Source: Terriglobia bacterium
GTDB lineage: Bacteria; Acidobacteriota; Terriglobia; 2-12-FULL-54-10
Length of the DNA: 64,000 nucleotides
Direction of reading: 5' to 3'
Assembly: GCA_963666975.2 (NCBI GenBank)
Contig: CAXVYR010000004.1
Span: 2,042,283-2,106,282, forward strand
The translations under genes and the position numbers were made by a program. Positions 1-9,154 of the stretch are shown piece after piece (the first letter of the stretch is position 1; the number at the start of each line of letters is the position of its first letter). Below the pieces are notes generated by a model, which made no database searches, was not told the origin of the DNA, and saw nothing but the letters and a program-made list of their open reading frames with translations.

Positions 1-321
1 GAAGGCGTCGCACAGGTGGTGGATATCCAGGGTCTGTCAGCGGCGCAGATTTGCCGGGAGCTCCGGGAAAAGCTGCTGGCCGCTCGTTTGGGGCTGGTGG
101 AAATCGGGCGCTTCCAGACGAAATTACTGGAAAATTTCCATCATGTCCGTTCCGTGCTCACCGCAATTCTGGGCAATGCTGAATTGGCCGCCAGGAAGTT
201 TTCCCTCCCCCACAAAATCGATGCGGAGTTGCAGGAAATCATCCAGGGAGTGAATCAAGTGGAGGGAATTCTCCGCTGCGTCGAGAGGAGCATGAAGGCG
301 CCCGGCGCCTCATCGCAATGA
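1..321 (+). CDS. 3' end of a gene encoding a HisKA/DHp-like phosphoacceptor-helix protein (partial, enters from upstream); no HATPase_c domain follows
   Basis: Frame 1 is open from nt 1; the listed ORF start at 16 is an internal GTG. H-box-like FHHVRSVLTAILGNAELA. The stop comes about 55 aa after the His. Confidence 0.5.
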   Translation, partial: EGVAQVVDIQGLSAAQICRELREKLLAARLGLVEIGRFQTKLLENFHHVRSVLTAILGNAELAARKFSLPHKIDAELQEIIQGVNQVEGILRCVERSMKAPGASSQ

Positions 322-618
322 AGCTTTCTACCACTGCGGAACTCGCCGCCGCGTGCTCCGCAAAACCCGTTTGAATGCCACGGCACGACGAACGGCAACA
401 GAGCATCTTTCCATCTCCCCCCTCCCCGCCATCCCCCCGGCTTCCTCCCTCCCCGAAAAACGCACCTTTTCAGAAACGCAGCTAGAGAAATAAATTCACC
501 CTGAAGTCCGGGCTGCCCTTATCATCGAAAATATGGAGGATATGAGAGAGGACGTGCGCACTGCCGCAACTCTGATCCGCGGACCGGGATTTCCCCCGAT
601 GAAACCCTGGCTGGGATC

Positions 619-1737
619 ATGGCTGGGAATACGGCTGTGAAAGTTGCCCTGGACGCCACCTACGCCGCCTACCCGGACCGGACGGGGACCGGCGTGTACT
701 CCGAGCGGCTGATCTCGGCCTTGGCGGCCGGCCCGCTGGCCCGGCTGGACGCTGCATCCCGTCTGATCCTGTGCTTCCGGCTCGGACCCTATCTGCGGTG
801 GGCGCGAAAAAAAAAGTGGCCCGAGCGATGCGCGATTTCCCCGCTGCTCGACCCCTGGCTGCCGCCGCCGCGCGCGCATCTGTTCCATGGCCTGAATCAG
901 CGGCTGCCGGAAAGAGGAAAATACGCAGTTCGCGTGGTGACCGTCCACGACCTTTTTCCTCTCGCCTCGACCGAATACTCCACACGGCAATTCCAGCAGC
1001 ACTTCACCCAGATCATCCAAAAAGCGGTCTCCCGCGCCGACTGGATCATTTCGGTATCCGACGCCACGCGGCAGCAATTGCTCCGCTACACGGAGGCAGC
1101 CGGCGGGCGGATTCGCGTGATCCACCACGGCGTCGATCCTCCGCAGCCCGCCGCGCAGGCCGAGCTAGATGCCTTCCGGGAACGCGTGCTCGGTTTGAGC
1201 AAAGAAGAAAAATTCTTCCTCAACGTGGGCACGATCCAAACGCGCAAGAACGTGGCTGGCATCGCTGCTGCCATGCAGCGCCTGCCGGAGTTTCGCCTGG
1301 TGCTGGCCGGAGGCGACGGCTTTGGAGCAGACCGGGTTCATTCGTTGATCGAAAAGGAGGGGCTAGCCGGGCAAATCCTCCGCCTGGGGCACACCTCGCC
1401 CCAGACGCTGCGGTTGCTCTACTCTGCGGCCACCGCCCTGGTATTTCCTTCTCTCGAAGAGGGATTCGGCATGCCGATCCTGGAAGCCATGAGCTACGGC
1501 CTGCCGGTAATCACCTCGAACTGCTCCTCGATGCCGGAGGTGGCGGGCGACGCCGCCCTTTTTGTCGACCCCGGAAATGTGCAGGAGATCAGCGATGCCA
1601 TGCGGCGCGTGGCGGAAGACACGGCGCTGGCTGCCGCGCTTGGCGAGAAGGGAAAGCAGCGGGCCGGGCAGTTCAGTTGGGAGAGATGCGCGCGGGAAAC
1701 CTGGGAGGTTTACCAGGAAGCCCTGGGTGGCGAGTAA
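619..1737 (+). CDS. Glycosyltransferase family 4 (GT-B fold)
   Basis: 372-aa ORF. C-terminal EGFGMPILEAMSYGLPVITSNCSSMPEVAGDAALFVDP matches the GT4 E-x7-E region. N-terminal VALDATY...TGTGVY is typical. Confidence 0.85.
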   Translation: MAGNTAVKVALDATYAAYPDRTGTGVYSERLISALAAGPLARLDAASRLILCFRLGPYLRWARKKKWPERCAISPLLDPWLPPPRAHLFHGLNQRLPERGKYAVRVVTVHDLFPLASTEYSTRQFQQHFTQIIQKAVSRADWIISVSDATRQQLLRYTEAAGGRIRVIHHGVDPPQPAAQAELDAFRERVLGLSKEEKFFLNVGTIQTRKNVAGIAAAMQRLPEFRLVLAGGDGFGADRVHSLIEKEGLAGQILRLGHTSPQTLRLLYSAATALVFPSLEEGFGMPILEAMSYGLPVITSNCSSMPEVAGDAALFVDPGNVQEISDAMRRVAEDTALAAALGEKGKQRAGQFSWERCARETWEVYQEALGGE

Positions 1738-1756
1738 AGCACTCACCGTGGCTACC
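1736..1756. repeat. Direct repeat copy 1 (AAAGCACTCACCGTGGCTACC)
   Basis: Perfect 21-mer repeated at 2752-2772. It overlaps the TAA stop of the GT4 gene. Confidence 0.9.
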
Positions 1757-1785
1757 AGGACTCCAGCGGGGCGGTGTAGGTCACG

Positions 1786-2664
1786 CTATTCCACCTTCTT
1801 CCATCGGAGATGAACCGGCTCAGGCGATGCGCCAAGAAGAACAACATCTATCTCTCCGCCTATTCCAAATTCCGGTTGAACAATCTTAGCCATCTCCGAG
1901 GCAGCTTCTATGAGATTGTCTGCTGCGGCTTTCGCTTCTTGGGCTGAAACCCGTCGTATTGTACCTTTGAGAAGCATTTCGTCATGACGGGCGATGAGTT
2001 TTTTCCCTTCTCCCTGCAGAACATTCTTTTTAACGTAATCAGTCTCCCCAAAAAAGCGAGTGCATATGAGATCTGCGTCTCGAAACTCCTCAACCTTGAA
2101 TTTTTGAATCGTCGGATTGAGGCACTTCGGTTCTATGAAAATTGCAAATGACGCAATAGTAGAGCACCTTCGTTCGCAATTGTAGTTCGCCACTACCACA
2201 TAGCACAAATCCTTGCCCTCAAACTGACGGAAGTGTTCGGGCTCCTGGGCCGTAGCTTGCCTCACCGCAGCCTGACAATCTCGTGGTATCTCCTTTCGAA
2301 CCATTTCTTCGTTCAGTTCTTCGGGACCTCTCTCAAGGCGGCTCTTGACCACGGAGGGAAGATCAAGCAGCCTTGGAGCAGTAGCCAAAGCATTCGTCAG
2401 ATCCCCGGCTTGTTCTTCTGGCACATCATGCATCACACCAGTCCCAGGGACGGATATGATGGTCCGAAATGGTCGAGCGACTTCAACGATCTTGTAGTTG
2501 GTATCAGAGATCTGACACTCAGTCTTCTTACCGAGGACTACACGACGGTGGACTGCACGACTGTCCGCCGCAACCACAAGACCCTCCGAATTTGAAACCA
2601 ACACAACCAGAGTGCCACTGACGCATTTGTACATAGCCTCTCCAGTATTGGCAGTGGTTGCCAC
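1786..2664 (-). CDS. Hypothetical protein, putative Ntn-hydrolase (proteasome-beta/HslV-like) fold
   Basis: 292-aa ORF in visibly lower-GC DNA. SG-T18-LVVLVSNSEGLVVAAD34SRA places Thr and Asp 16 residues apart, as Thr1/Asp17 of proteasome beta. Also YK58IVEV and a C-terminal GIGGEIDVVLLG. Confidence 0.55.
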   Translation of the reverse strand: MATTANTGEAMYKCVSGTLVVLVSNSEGLVVAADSRAVHRRVVLGKKTECQISDTNYKIVEVARPFRTIISVPGTGVMHDVPEEQAGDLTNALATAPRLLDLPSVVKSRLERGPEELNEEMVRKEIPRDCQAAVRQATAQEPEHFRQFEGKDLCYVVVANYNCERRCSTIASFAIFIEPKCLNPTIQKFKVEEFRDADLICTRFFGETDYVKKNVLQGEGKKLIARHDEMLLKGTIRRVSAQEAKAAADNLIEAASEMAKIVQPEFGIGGEIDVVLLGASPEPVHLRWKKVE

Positions 2665-2751
2665 GGCAAATTTGCAGTTCCAATTTGCCGTGGGTTTGTA
2701 AAATCTGCCAAATGCCCACGGCGAGGCTTGTCCCGAGCGAAGTCGAGGGGA

Positions 2752-2772
2752 AAAGCACTCACCGTGGCTACC
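2752..2772. repeat. Direct repeat copy 2 (AAAGCACTCACCGTGGCTACC)
   Basis: Identical to 1736-1756. It lies 28 nt from the stop of the rhomboid gene. Confidence 0.9.
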
Positions 2773-2799
2773 CGCTCCAGGATGAGTGGAAATTGGAAA

Positions 2800-3729
2800 C
2801 TAGCCCGGTTGCCGAAGCGCGACCATTACAAACGAAAAAATTATCAGGACAACAACAATCGTTCGGAGCAGTTTCCAGAAATTAATCGACTCGCTCGTCA
2901 TGGAGGGCATATCGCCGACCAGCATCCCGAAGGCCGCGCCGGCGGCCAGGCCCCCGATATGCCCGGCATTGTCCACCATGGGCATGAAAAATCCAAACAT
3001 CAGCCCATAGATCGCCCATCGGACGTACATGTTCTTTATGGTGTTGCCCATCCTTCCCCGATGCCTGTATCCATAGGCGATCATCGCCCCGATCAGCCCA
3101 AACACCGCGCCGGAAGCGCCGATGCCGACCGAGTTGGGATGCCACACGGCGCTCGCCACGAACCCCATCACGCCCGCGAGGATATAAAGCACCAGAAATT
3201 TGTGCGGACCGTAGATCTCCTCCACCGTGGGTCCCAGGTCGAGCAGAACAAAGGTATTGAACCCTAAATGGATGAGGCCGCCGTGCAGAAAAATGGGCGT
3301 CAGCAGCCGCCACCACTCTCCGGCCAGAATCAGGGCGGTGTATTTGGCTCCAAACTTCACCAGCGTGTAGCCATCAATCGATCCCAGCAACGCACCGGCA
3401 TCCAGCCCCCCCGTGCGGCTCCGCATGGAGACCACCCAAGTCAGCGCAAACAAAAACAGATTCACGCCCAGCAGCAGGGAGGTGGTCTGCGCCCGCTTCG
3501 GAAGGACAGAAGACAGTATGCGGTCCACCCCGCCCCGGGGGGCTGCCGAGGTGTTTTCACCACAAAAAGGACAGGTTTTTTCTTTTCGGTCCACCAGCGC
3601 ACGGCAGGCCGGGCACATTTTTTGCTTGTACGTTACCGACTTGAAGAAGTTCTGCAACCGCTCCAGACGCTCCTCCGCCTGCTGTTTGTAGCGGTTGATC
3701 TTCCATTTCATTCGCGGGGAAATCATCAA
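2800..3729 (-). CDS. Rhomboid family intramembrane serine protease with N-terminal zinc ribbon
   Basis: GASGAVFGLIGA (GxSG serine) and HIGGLAAGAAFG (His) lie in hydrophobic helices. N-terminal CPAC-x13-CPFC. Confidence 0.85.
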   Translation of the reverse strand: MMISPRMKWKINRYKQQAEERLERLQNFFKSVTYKQKMCPACRALVDRKEKTCPFCGENTSAAPRGGVDRILSSVLPKRAQTTSLLLGVNLFLFALTWVVSMRSRTGGLDAGALLGSIDGYTLVKFGAKYTALILAGEWWRLLTPIFLHGGLIHLGFNTFVLLDLGPTVEEIYGPHKFLVLYILAGVMGFVASAVWHPNSVGIGASGAVFGLIGAMIAYGYRHRGRMGNTIKNMYVRWAIYGLMFGFFMPMVDNAGHIGGLAAGAAFGMLVGDMPSMTSESINFWKLLRTIVVVLIIFSFVMVALRQPG

Positions 3730-3899
3730 TGCTCCAGCTTCCTTCCTACTCCCGATGTTGCCATATTATATACCGGCAGCGGGAAAGCGGTCTTTTGCGA
3801 CTGGAGAAAAGGGGTTGGATATTATAATGGGCATGGATGCTGGTTTGTCCGTCCCCCCGGCGATTGGCAATTCTCTTCTGAACGCAGACCTTCCCTTCT

Positions 3900-4583
3900 A
3901 TGAAGACTCAGAGACTGCTGCTGTTCGTTGTTCTGATAACGCTGCTGGCTTCGGCCTGCGGAAGGCACCGCAGCGCTTCCCGGATTCCCGTTCCGCAGAC
4001 TCCTTCCACGGGAGGAGGCGCACAGACGCCCGGCCCCGGATATACCGAAACCGGATACGCGAGCTGGTATGGCGACCCCTACCACGGCCGCCGCGCGGCG
4101 AACGGGGAGGTCTACGACATGTACAAACTCACCGCCGCCCACCGCACCTTGCCTTTCGGGACGCAGGTCAAAGTGATCAATCTGGAGAACAGCCGCACGG
4201 TGATTGTCCGCATCAATGATCGCGGACCGTTCATCAACGGGCGCATCGTGGACCTGTCGCTGGCCGGCGCCCGCGAAATCCAGATGGTCGGCCCGGGAAC
4301 GGCGCTGGTCCGTTTGGAAGTCCTCTCGGCATCCTCGCCCTCCGATCCGGGCCTGTACGCGGTGCAGGTGGGGGCGTTTCGGGACCGCTCCAATGCCGAA
4401 AGTCTGGCGGAGAATATGCGCCGCCGCTTCGGCGATGCCTCCATCGAAGGCTATCGTTCAAACGGGCGGACCTTTTATCGCGTTCGGGTGGGAGTAAACT
4501 CTACATTGACGGAAGCCAACGAACTGGCTATTCAGTTGGGGCGGGAAGATCTGCCCAGTTTTGTGGTCCGGGTGGAAAACTGA
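3900..4583 (+). CDS. rlpA: Septal ring lytic transglycosylase RlpA family protein with C-terminal SPOR domain
   Basis: DPBB region [59 protein letters not shown]-like [20 protein letters not shown]-terminal signal peptide. Confidence 0.85.
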   Translation: MKTQRLLLFVVLITLLASACGRHRSASRIPVPQTPSTGGGAQTPGPGYTETGYASWYGDPYHGRRAANGEVYDMYKLTAAHRTLPFGTQVKVINLENSRTVIVRINDRGPFINGRIVDLSLAGAREIQMVGPGTALVRLEVLSASSPSDPGLYAVQVGAFRDRSNAESLAENMRRRFGDASIEGYRSNGRTFYRVRVGVNSTLTEANELAIQLGREDLPSFVVRVEN

Positions 4584-4624
4584 AGCTGGCCAACTCAATC
4601 AAAAGTCCGGGGAGAATAGAATCT

Positions 4625-4966
4625 ATGGCCTCCTGCCTTTTTTGCAAAATCCTGGCGGGCGAGATGGCCGCTAAGCTTGTCTATCAGGACGAAAGCTGCA
4701 TCGCCTTTCAGGATATCAACCCGCAGGCTCCGGTGCATTTGTTGCTCATCCCTCGGAAACACTTCTCCTCCGCGGCGGAGGCCGAACCAGCAGACGAGAC
4801 GGTCATGGGCCATCTGCACCGCGTCGCCGCTCAACTGGCGGAGCAGAATGGCATCACGGACGGCTACAGGACTGTAGTCAATACAGGGAGCGGGGCCGGC
4901 CAGTCCGTGTTTCACCTGCACCTGCATCTGCTCGGCGGACGCCCGCTTCGATGGCCGCCGGGATAA
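4625..4966 (+). CDS. Histidine triad (HIT) family nucleotide-binding protein
   Basis: 113 aa; CLFCKI N-terminus and the HLHLHLLGG triad. Confidence 0.9.
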   Translation: MASCLFCKILAGEMAAKLVYQDESCIAFQDINPQAPVHLLLIPRKHFSSAAEAEPADETVMGHLHRVAAQLAEQNGITDGYRTVVNTGSGAGQSVFHLHLHLLGGRPLRWPPG

Positions 4967-5178
4967 CTCTGGATAGCTCCCGCCTCACCCGGTTTCCGGC
5001 AAACCTCAGTAGCGTGCCCCATACCGTGATTTCCTGATTTCCGTTCCTCTCCCGCCCCAGGCGGCACAGACAACCGGCCCCTGTCGCATTTTGAAATTGA
5101 ATGCAACGAACAGAATGAAGGCAACATCCAGAACGATTCTGTCATCTATAATGGAGAGATTAAGGGGGCGGAACGAAA

Positions 5179-6342
5179 ATGCGGAGCTTGCTCTATACTC
5201 TGGTGGCTGCTCTTGCAGCGCTTCTGCTGTGCGGCGCCGGGGCGGTTGCGCTTCCGGCGGCTGCCCTGCCTGCCAGCGAGGACGACCTCGAACTGCAAAA
5301 GAAGGCCGTCAATCATTTTTACAGCCTGGAGTACGACCAGGCTATTGCGGCTTTTGAAAAACTGCGCGACGCGGACCCCGATAATCCAGCCCGGCAAAAC
5401 GATGTGGCGACGGCCTATTTCTATAAACAGCTCTACATGGCTGGAGTGTTGCAAGGGGACCTGTTCAGCTCCTCCAATAAGTTTTTCCGCACCAAAAAAA
5501 TCCAGGTGGACCCCGCCATCGAAAAACCTTTTTGGGGAGCTACCCAGGCCGCCATCCGCAGTTGCGAGCAGCGCCTGAAAAGCGACAAAACGGATGAGGA
5601 GGCCCTCTACACCTGCGGCGTGGCCTACGCCACCCGCTCCACCTACCAGGGCCTGATCGAGCGCTCCAAGTTTGGCTTCCTTTCGAGCGCCCGCAAAGCC
5701 AATGATTTTCACGTGCGGCTGCTCCGACTGAATCCCCGTTACTATGACGCGTATCTCATCCCCGGCATCTTTGACTTCGTTCTTGGAAGCCTGCCGAAGC
5801 CGCTGAGGATGATGCTGTACTTTGCCGGTCTCAGCGGCGATAAGCAGCGGGGCATACAAGCGGTGAAAAGCGTCACGGTATGGGGCCAGAATGCAAAAGA
5901 GTCCGCGAAAATTCTTCTGACGATCATGTATCGCCGGGAAAGGCGGCACACCGACGCGCGGCAGGTTATCGAAGGTTTGGCAAAATCCTATCCTCGCAAT
6001 TACATTTTTCCGCTGGAGGTTGCCTCGCTCTATCACAGCGAAGGAGAGGACGAAGAGGCAATCCGGGGATATACACAGGTGCTCGAACAGGTTCGGCGGG
6101 AACGAGCAGGATACGCCGAATTGCCGGTTGCGCGCATCCATTTTGAGCTGGGAGTGCTCTACCGGAACGAAGAAGATTTGGAGTTAGCCCTGCGACACCT
6201 GGAACAGGTCCCCGGCTCCAAGGGCAGCACGCCGGAGATGGAAAAAGAGAGCGCCCTGTTGCGCCAGCAGATTGAAGCGACCCTCCAGCAGCAAGAACAA
6301 GCGGATAGCGAAACTCCCGCTAGCCTCGCCCCCGCCAGCTAG
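5179..6342 (+). CDS. Secreted TPR-like repeat protein
   Basis: 387-aa ORF with a signal peptide, a helical-repeat composition and a Q/E-rich tail. Confidence 0.6.
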   Translation: MRSLLYTLVAALAALLLCGAGAVALPAAALPASEDDLELQKKAVNHFYSLEYDQAIAAFEKLRDADPDNPARQNDVATAYFYKQLYMAGVLQGDLFSSSNKFFRTKKIQVDPAIEKPFWGATQAAIRSCEQRLKSDKTDEEALYTCGVAYATRSTYQGLIERSKFGFLSSARKANDFHVRLLRLNPRYYDAYLIPGIFDFVLGSLPKPLRMMLYFAGLSGDKQRGIQAVKSVTVWGQNAKESAKILLTIMYRRERRHTDARQVIEGLAKSYPRNYIFPLEVASLYHSEGEDEEAIRGYTQVLEQVRRERAGYAELPVARIHFELGVLYRNEEDLELALRHLEQVPGSKGSTPEMEKESALLRQQIEATLQQQEQADSETPASLAPAS

Positions 6343-6401
6343 CCCGATCCCCAACAATTAGCCCGCTCCTGCCAATTAGAAGGATTCGCCGCAGCTCCTG
6401 C

Positions 6402-7787
6402 TCATTCCGGATTAATTTTTTTCACCTGCGCGCCCAACGTGCCGTGGGCCAGCCGCAAAGTAATCTCCTCATCCGGGGAAACCTGCTCCGCATCTTTTAA
6501 CACGGCCCCGGAAGAATCAAACGCGATGGCGTAGCCGCGTTCCATGACGCGCTGGGGGCTGAGCTGTTCGAGTTGCGCACGGAGCGATTCGAGCTTCCCC
6601 CGCCGCGCGACCAGCAACAGCCGCGCCTGCTGGCTCAGCAGGGAGTTCAGACGGCTCCAGCGCAGCCTCCGCCGCTCCTGCTGGCCGCGCAGATCCAGGT
6701 GCAGTAGAAAAGTGCGAGGCATTTCCCAGCGCCGCCGGGCCTGGCGCAGGCTCTCCCTCTCGGCCTCGATGAGCCGCCCGGTCAACTCGTCGCTGCGCTG
6801 TGAGAATTGGGACAGCAGCGACCGCAGCGTGCCGAAACTGCGGTGGGAAGCTGCCTCGGTGAGCCGCTGCCGCCGCTGCAACAAAGCATAGCGGACTTTC
6901 TCTCGCAGCGTCTGCTCCCATCCCGCGACACGCTGCTGCAACTGTTCCTTGGTCTCAATCACAATCTCCGCCGCTGCCGACGGAGTGGGGGCGCGCTGGT
7001 CAGCCACAAAGTCGGCGATGGTGAAGTCGGTCTCATGCCCCACGGCGGAGATGACGGGAATGGCGGAGGCGGCAATCGCGCGGGCCAGCTTTTCTTCGTT
7101 GAAGGCCCAAAGGTCTTCGAGCGACCCGCCGCCGCGGGCGAGGACCAGCACATCGACGGGCATCCCCCGGGGCGGCGGAAGATTGAAAAACCGGACGCCC
7201 CCGGCAATCTCCTCCGCCGCGCCCTCCCCCTGCACGCGGACCGGATAGATCAGCAGGTGGAGATTCTTGTAGCGTCGGCCAAGAATGCGGATCATGTCCG
7301 CAATGACCGCTCCGCGAGGCGAAGTGACAATCCCGATTCGGCGCGGGAGCTTCGGGAGCGGTTTTTTGCGGGCGGCGTCGAACAGCCCCTCGCCCGCCAG
7401 TTTCTGCTTCAGTTGCTCGAAGGCCAGTTGCAGCGCGCCCAGGCCGCGCGGCTCCAGCGACTCTACATATAACTGATACTCGCCTCGCGGCTCATAGACG
7501 GTGACCCTGCCGCGCGCCGTTACTTGCAGGCCGTCCTCGGGCCGAAACCGCAGATACCGCGCCCGCTGCCGCATGCAGATGCACCGCAACTGCGACGATT
7601 CGTCCTTCAGCGTGAAATACAGATGGCCGGAAGAGGCCGGGCGAAAATTCGATATCTCCCCCTCGACCCAGATGTCGGCAAACTCCGCCTCCAGCTTGTC
7701 GCGGACCAGGCGGCTGAGTTCACTTACCTTGTAAATTCGCCGCTCTGGAATCAGGTTCAGTTGGAATTGGCCCACGGATATTTCCAT
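6402..7787 (-). CDS. xseA: Exodeoxyribonuclease VII large subunit
   Basis: OB-fold N-terminus VSELSRLVRDKLEAEFADIWVEGEISNFRPASSGHLYFTLKD. The catalytic core contains GGGSLEDLWAFNEE. ATG at 7787 is preferred over the upstream TTG at 7829. Confidence 0.9.
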   Translation of the reverse strand: MEISVGQFQLNLIPERRIYKVSELSRLVRDKLEAEFADIWVEGEISNFRPASSGHLYFTLKDESSQLRCICMRQRARYLRFRPEDGLQVTARGRVTVYEPRGEYQLYVESLEPRGLGALQLAFEQLKQKLAGEGLFDAARKKPLPKLPRRIGIVTSPRGAVIADMIRILGRRYKNLHLLIYPVRVQGEGAAEEIAGGVRFFNLPPPRGMPVDVLVLARGGGSLEDLWAFNEEKLARAIAASAIPVISAVGHETDFTIADFVADQRAPTPSAAAEIVIETKEQLQQRVAGWEQTLREKVRYALLQRRQRLTEAASHRSFGTLRSLLSQFSQRSDELTGRLIEAERESLRQARRRWEMPRTFLLHLDLRGQQERRRLRWSRLNSLLSQQARLLLVARRGKLESLRAQLEQLSPQRVMERGYAIAFDSSGAVLKDAEQVSPDEEITLRLAHGTLGAQVKKINPE

Positions 7788-7829
7788 AGGAAGCGCGCGG
7801 ACTCGAGTATTTCCTCGTAGAACTTGCAA

Positions 7830-7975
7830 GCTGCTGAAAAATTACGTTTCGCTGTCATTCCGAGCGGAGCGAGGAATCTGCTTTTGTCTTACGCTGGCGA
7901 AAAACAAAGCAGATTCCTCAGCCCGGCAAAACGCGCCGGGCTTCGGAATGACCTCTCGGGGACTTTTTCAGCAAC
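7830..7975. repeat. Nested palindromic (REP/MITE-like) element
   Basis: Three nested inverted-repeat pairs: 7830-7841/7964-7975, 7854-7864/7941-7952 and 7871-7887/7904-7919. Confidence 0.8.
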
Positions 7976-7998
7976 CTGCTCGGGGTGGAATTCGATTC

Positions 7999-8233
7999 TC
8001 ACCGTTCGAGGGCTTCACGGGCTTTCCGAAAAGCCTCCGCGGCCTCGATGCCCTGGACCTTGCCCGTCCGAAGCTCCTCAAGCCGCCGTTCTGCCTCCGC
8101 CGCCCAACAGCGGTTCCACGCCGGTTTCTATCTGATTGTCGAGATTGGGGATCAGCCGCTGAGCCAGCCTCACCCGGTCCCGCAGGGAAAGCTTCATGGC
8201 ATCCGCCGCGATTTCATCAAAGGGAGTGTCCAT
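7999..8233 (-). pseudogene. Frameshifted addiction-module antitoxin component (TIGR02574 / Unstab_antitox-like), orphan
   Basis: MDTPFDEIAADAMKLSLRDRVRLAQRLIPNLDNQIETGVEPL is followed, after a +1 shift at ~8104-8110 (CTG-T-TGG), by WAAEAERRLEELRTGKVQGIEAAEAFRKAREALER-stop. The span is 235 nt, i.e. 3n+1. Confidence 0.75.
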
Positions 8234-8356
8234 TCCAGTTGCCTCCACGCTCATCCCTCTGAGCACAGCATAGCAGAACGAAGGAGGCCGCTCCAACGCC
8301 CCAATGGGGCAGAAAAAGCCCACGGCGAAGAAATCCTTTCGGCGTGGCTGCCTACT

Positions 8357-9127
8357 TTACGGCGCATCCGCCTCACCCTCCGCAAGCTTGCGCCAACCTT
8401 GCTCCTCCTCTTCCATGGCGCGAACGCCTTTTTCCACATAGTAAAGCAAGGACCGTGCTCCCCAAGGCCCGATATTGGGAGGAAATAGAACGGGTGAATG
8501 ACCGTAGTGCGTTCCAAGCAAAGCGTGCAAATCGCGGATGGATGCCAGCGCATCTTCGACCTTTTTGGCTTCAACGGCCGGCAGAGGTACGGGGTGCATC
8601 CCACGCCGAGTCATCAGGTCGATGTGAGCCCATCGGCGGTTGCGCCAAGCGCGGGCGAACTCGCAGTTTCTGAGTATCTCCTGCGTAGCGGCCTCAACAC
8701 GAGCCTTCAGCGATGGGTCAGGAATTAAGTCAGCCAGTCTTTGAAGACTGAGATTGGGCACTTTCTTTTTCAGGTCCGAACTCCATGCCTCTGGTGGGTC
8801 GGTAAGACGGCACAAGTGTAACAGGAGACTTTCCCAGAACGACTGCTGAACTAAATAGAAGAAACTAGATGCCACTTTGTTCAACAGGTCGATGCGCTCC
8901 GACCCCTTGCCGTAAAGCTCCTGAAGCTCGCCCCACTTCTCGTGCAAGCATGACACCTCGTCTTCCACTTCGAGATACAGCTGGCCCATGTCTGCCCCCA
9001 TCGAACGAACATAGTCGGCTAGAGTTTCATCATGAGTACGGCTATCCTGCACTTTTTCCTCCCGTAGCTTGGTAGTCACGGCGAGCATTTCCCTCGCCGT
9101 GGGTCCTTCTTTCGCCCGCCGCGACAT
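8357..9127 (-). CDS. HEPN-domain protein, AbiU2-like (abortive-infection type)
   Basis: 256 aa. R162-N-R-R-W-A-H168 (nt 8624-8644) fits the HEPN Rx4-6H motif with Asn after Arg. ERIDLLNKVASSFFYLVQQSFWESLLLHLCRLTDP resembles the AbiU2 N-terminal helices. It starts 27 nt after the higA-like stop. Confidence 0.6.
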   Translation of the reverse strand: MSRRAKEGPTAREMLAVTTKLREEKVQDSRTHDETLADYVRSMGADMGQLYLEVEDEVSCLHEKWGELQELYGKGSERIDLLNKVASSFFYLVQQSFWESLLLHLCRLTDPPEAWSSDLKKKVPNLSLQRLADLIPDPSLKARVEAATQEILRNCEFARAWRNRRWAHIDLMTRRGMHPVPLPAVEAKKVEDALASIRDLHALLGTHYGHSPVLFPPNIGPWGARSLLYYVEKGVRAMEEEEQGWRKLAEGEADAP

Positions 9128-9154
9128 TCGAAGTTCCTCGGCGGCAACGCCGGG

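Noticed and set aside
409-452. A C-rich polypyrimidine tract (CCATCTCCCCCCTCCCCGCCATCCCCCCGGCTTCCTCCCTCCCC) upstream of the GT4 gene, as a regulatory element.
   Set aside because: It has no symmetry or repeat partner, so no function could be argued. It is noted only as a compositional oddity.
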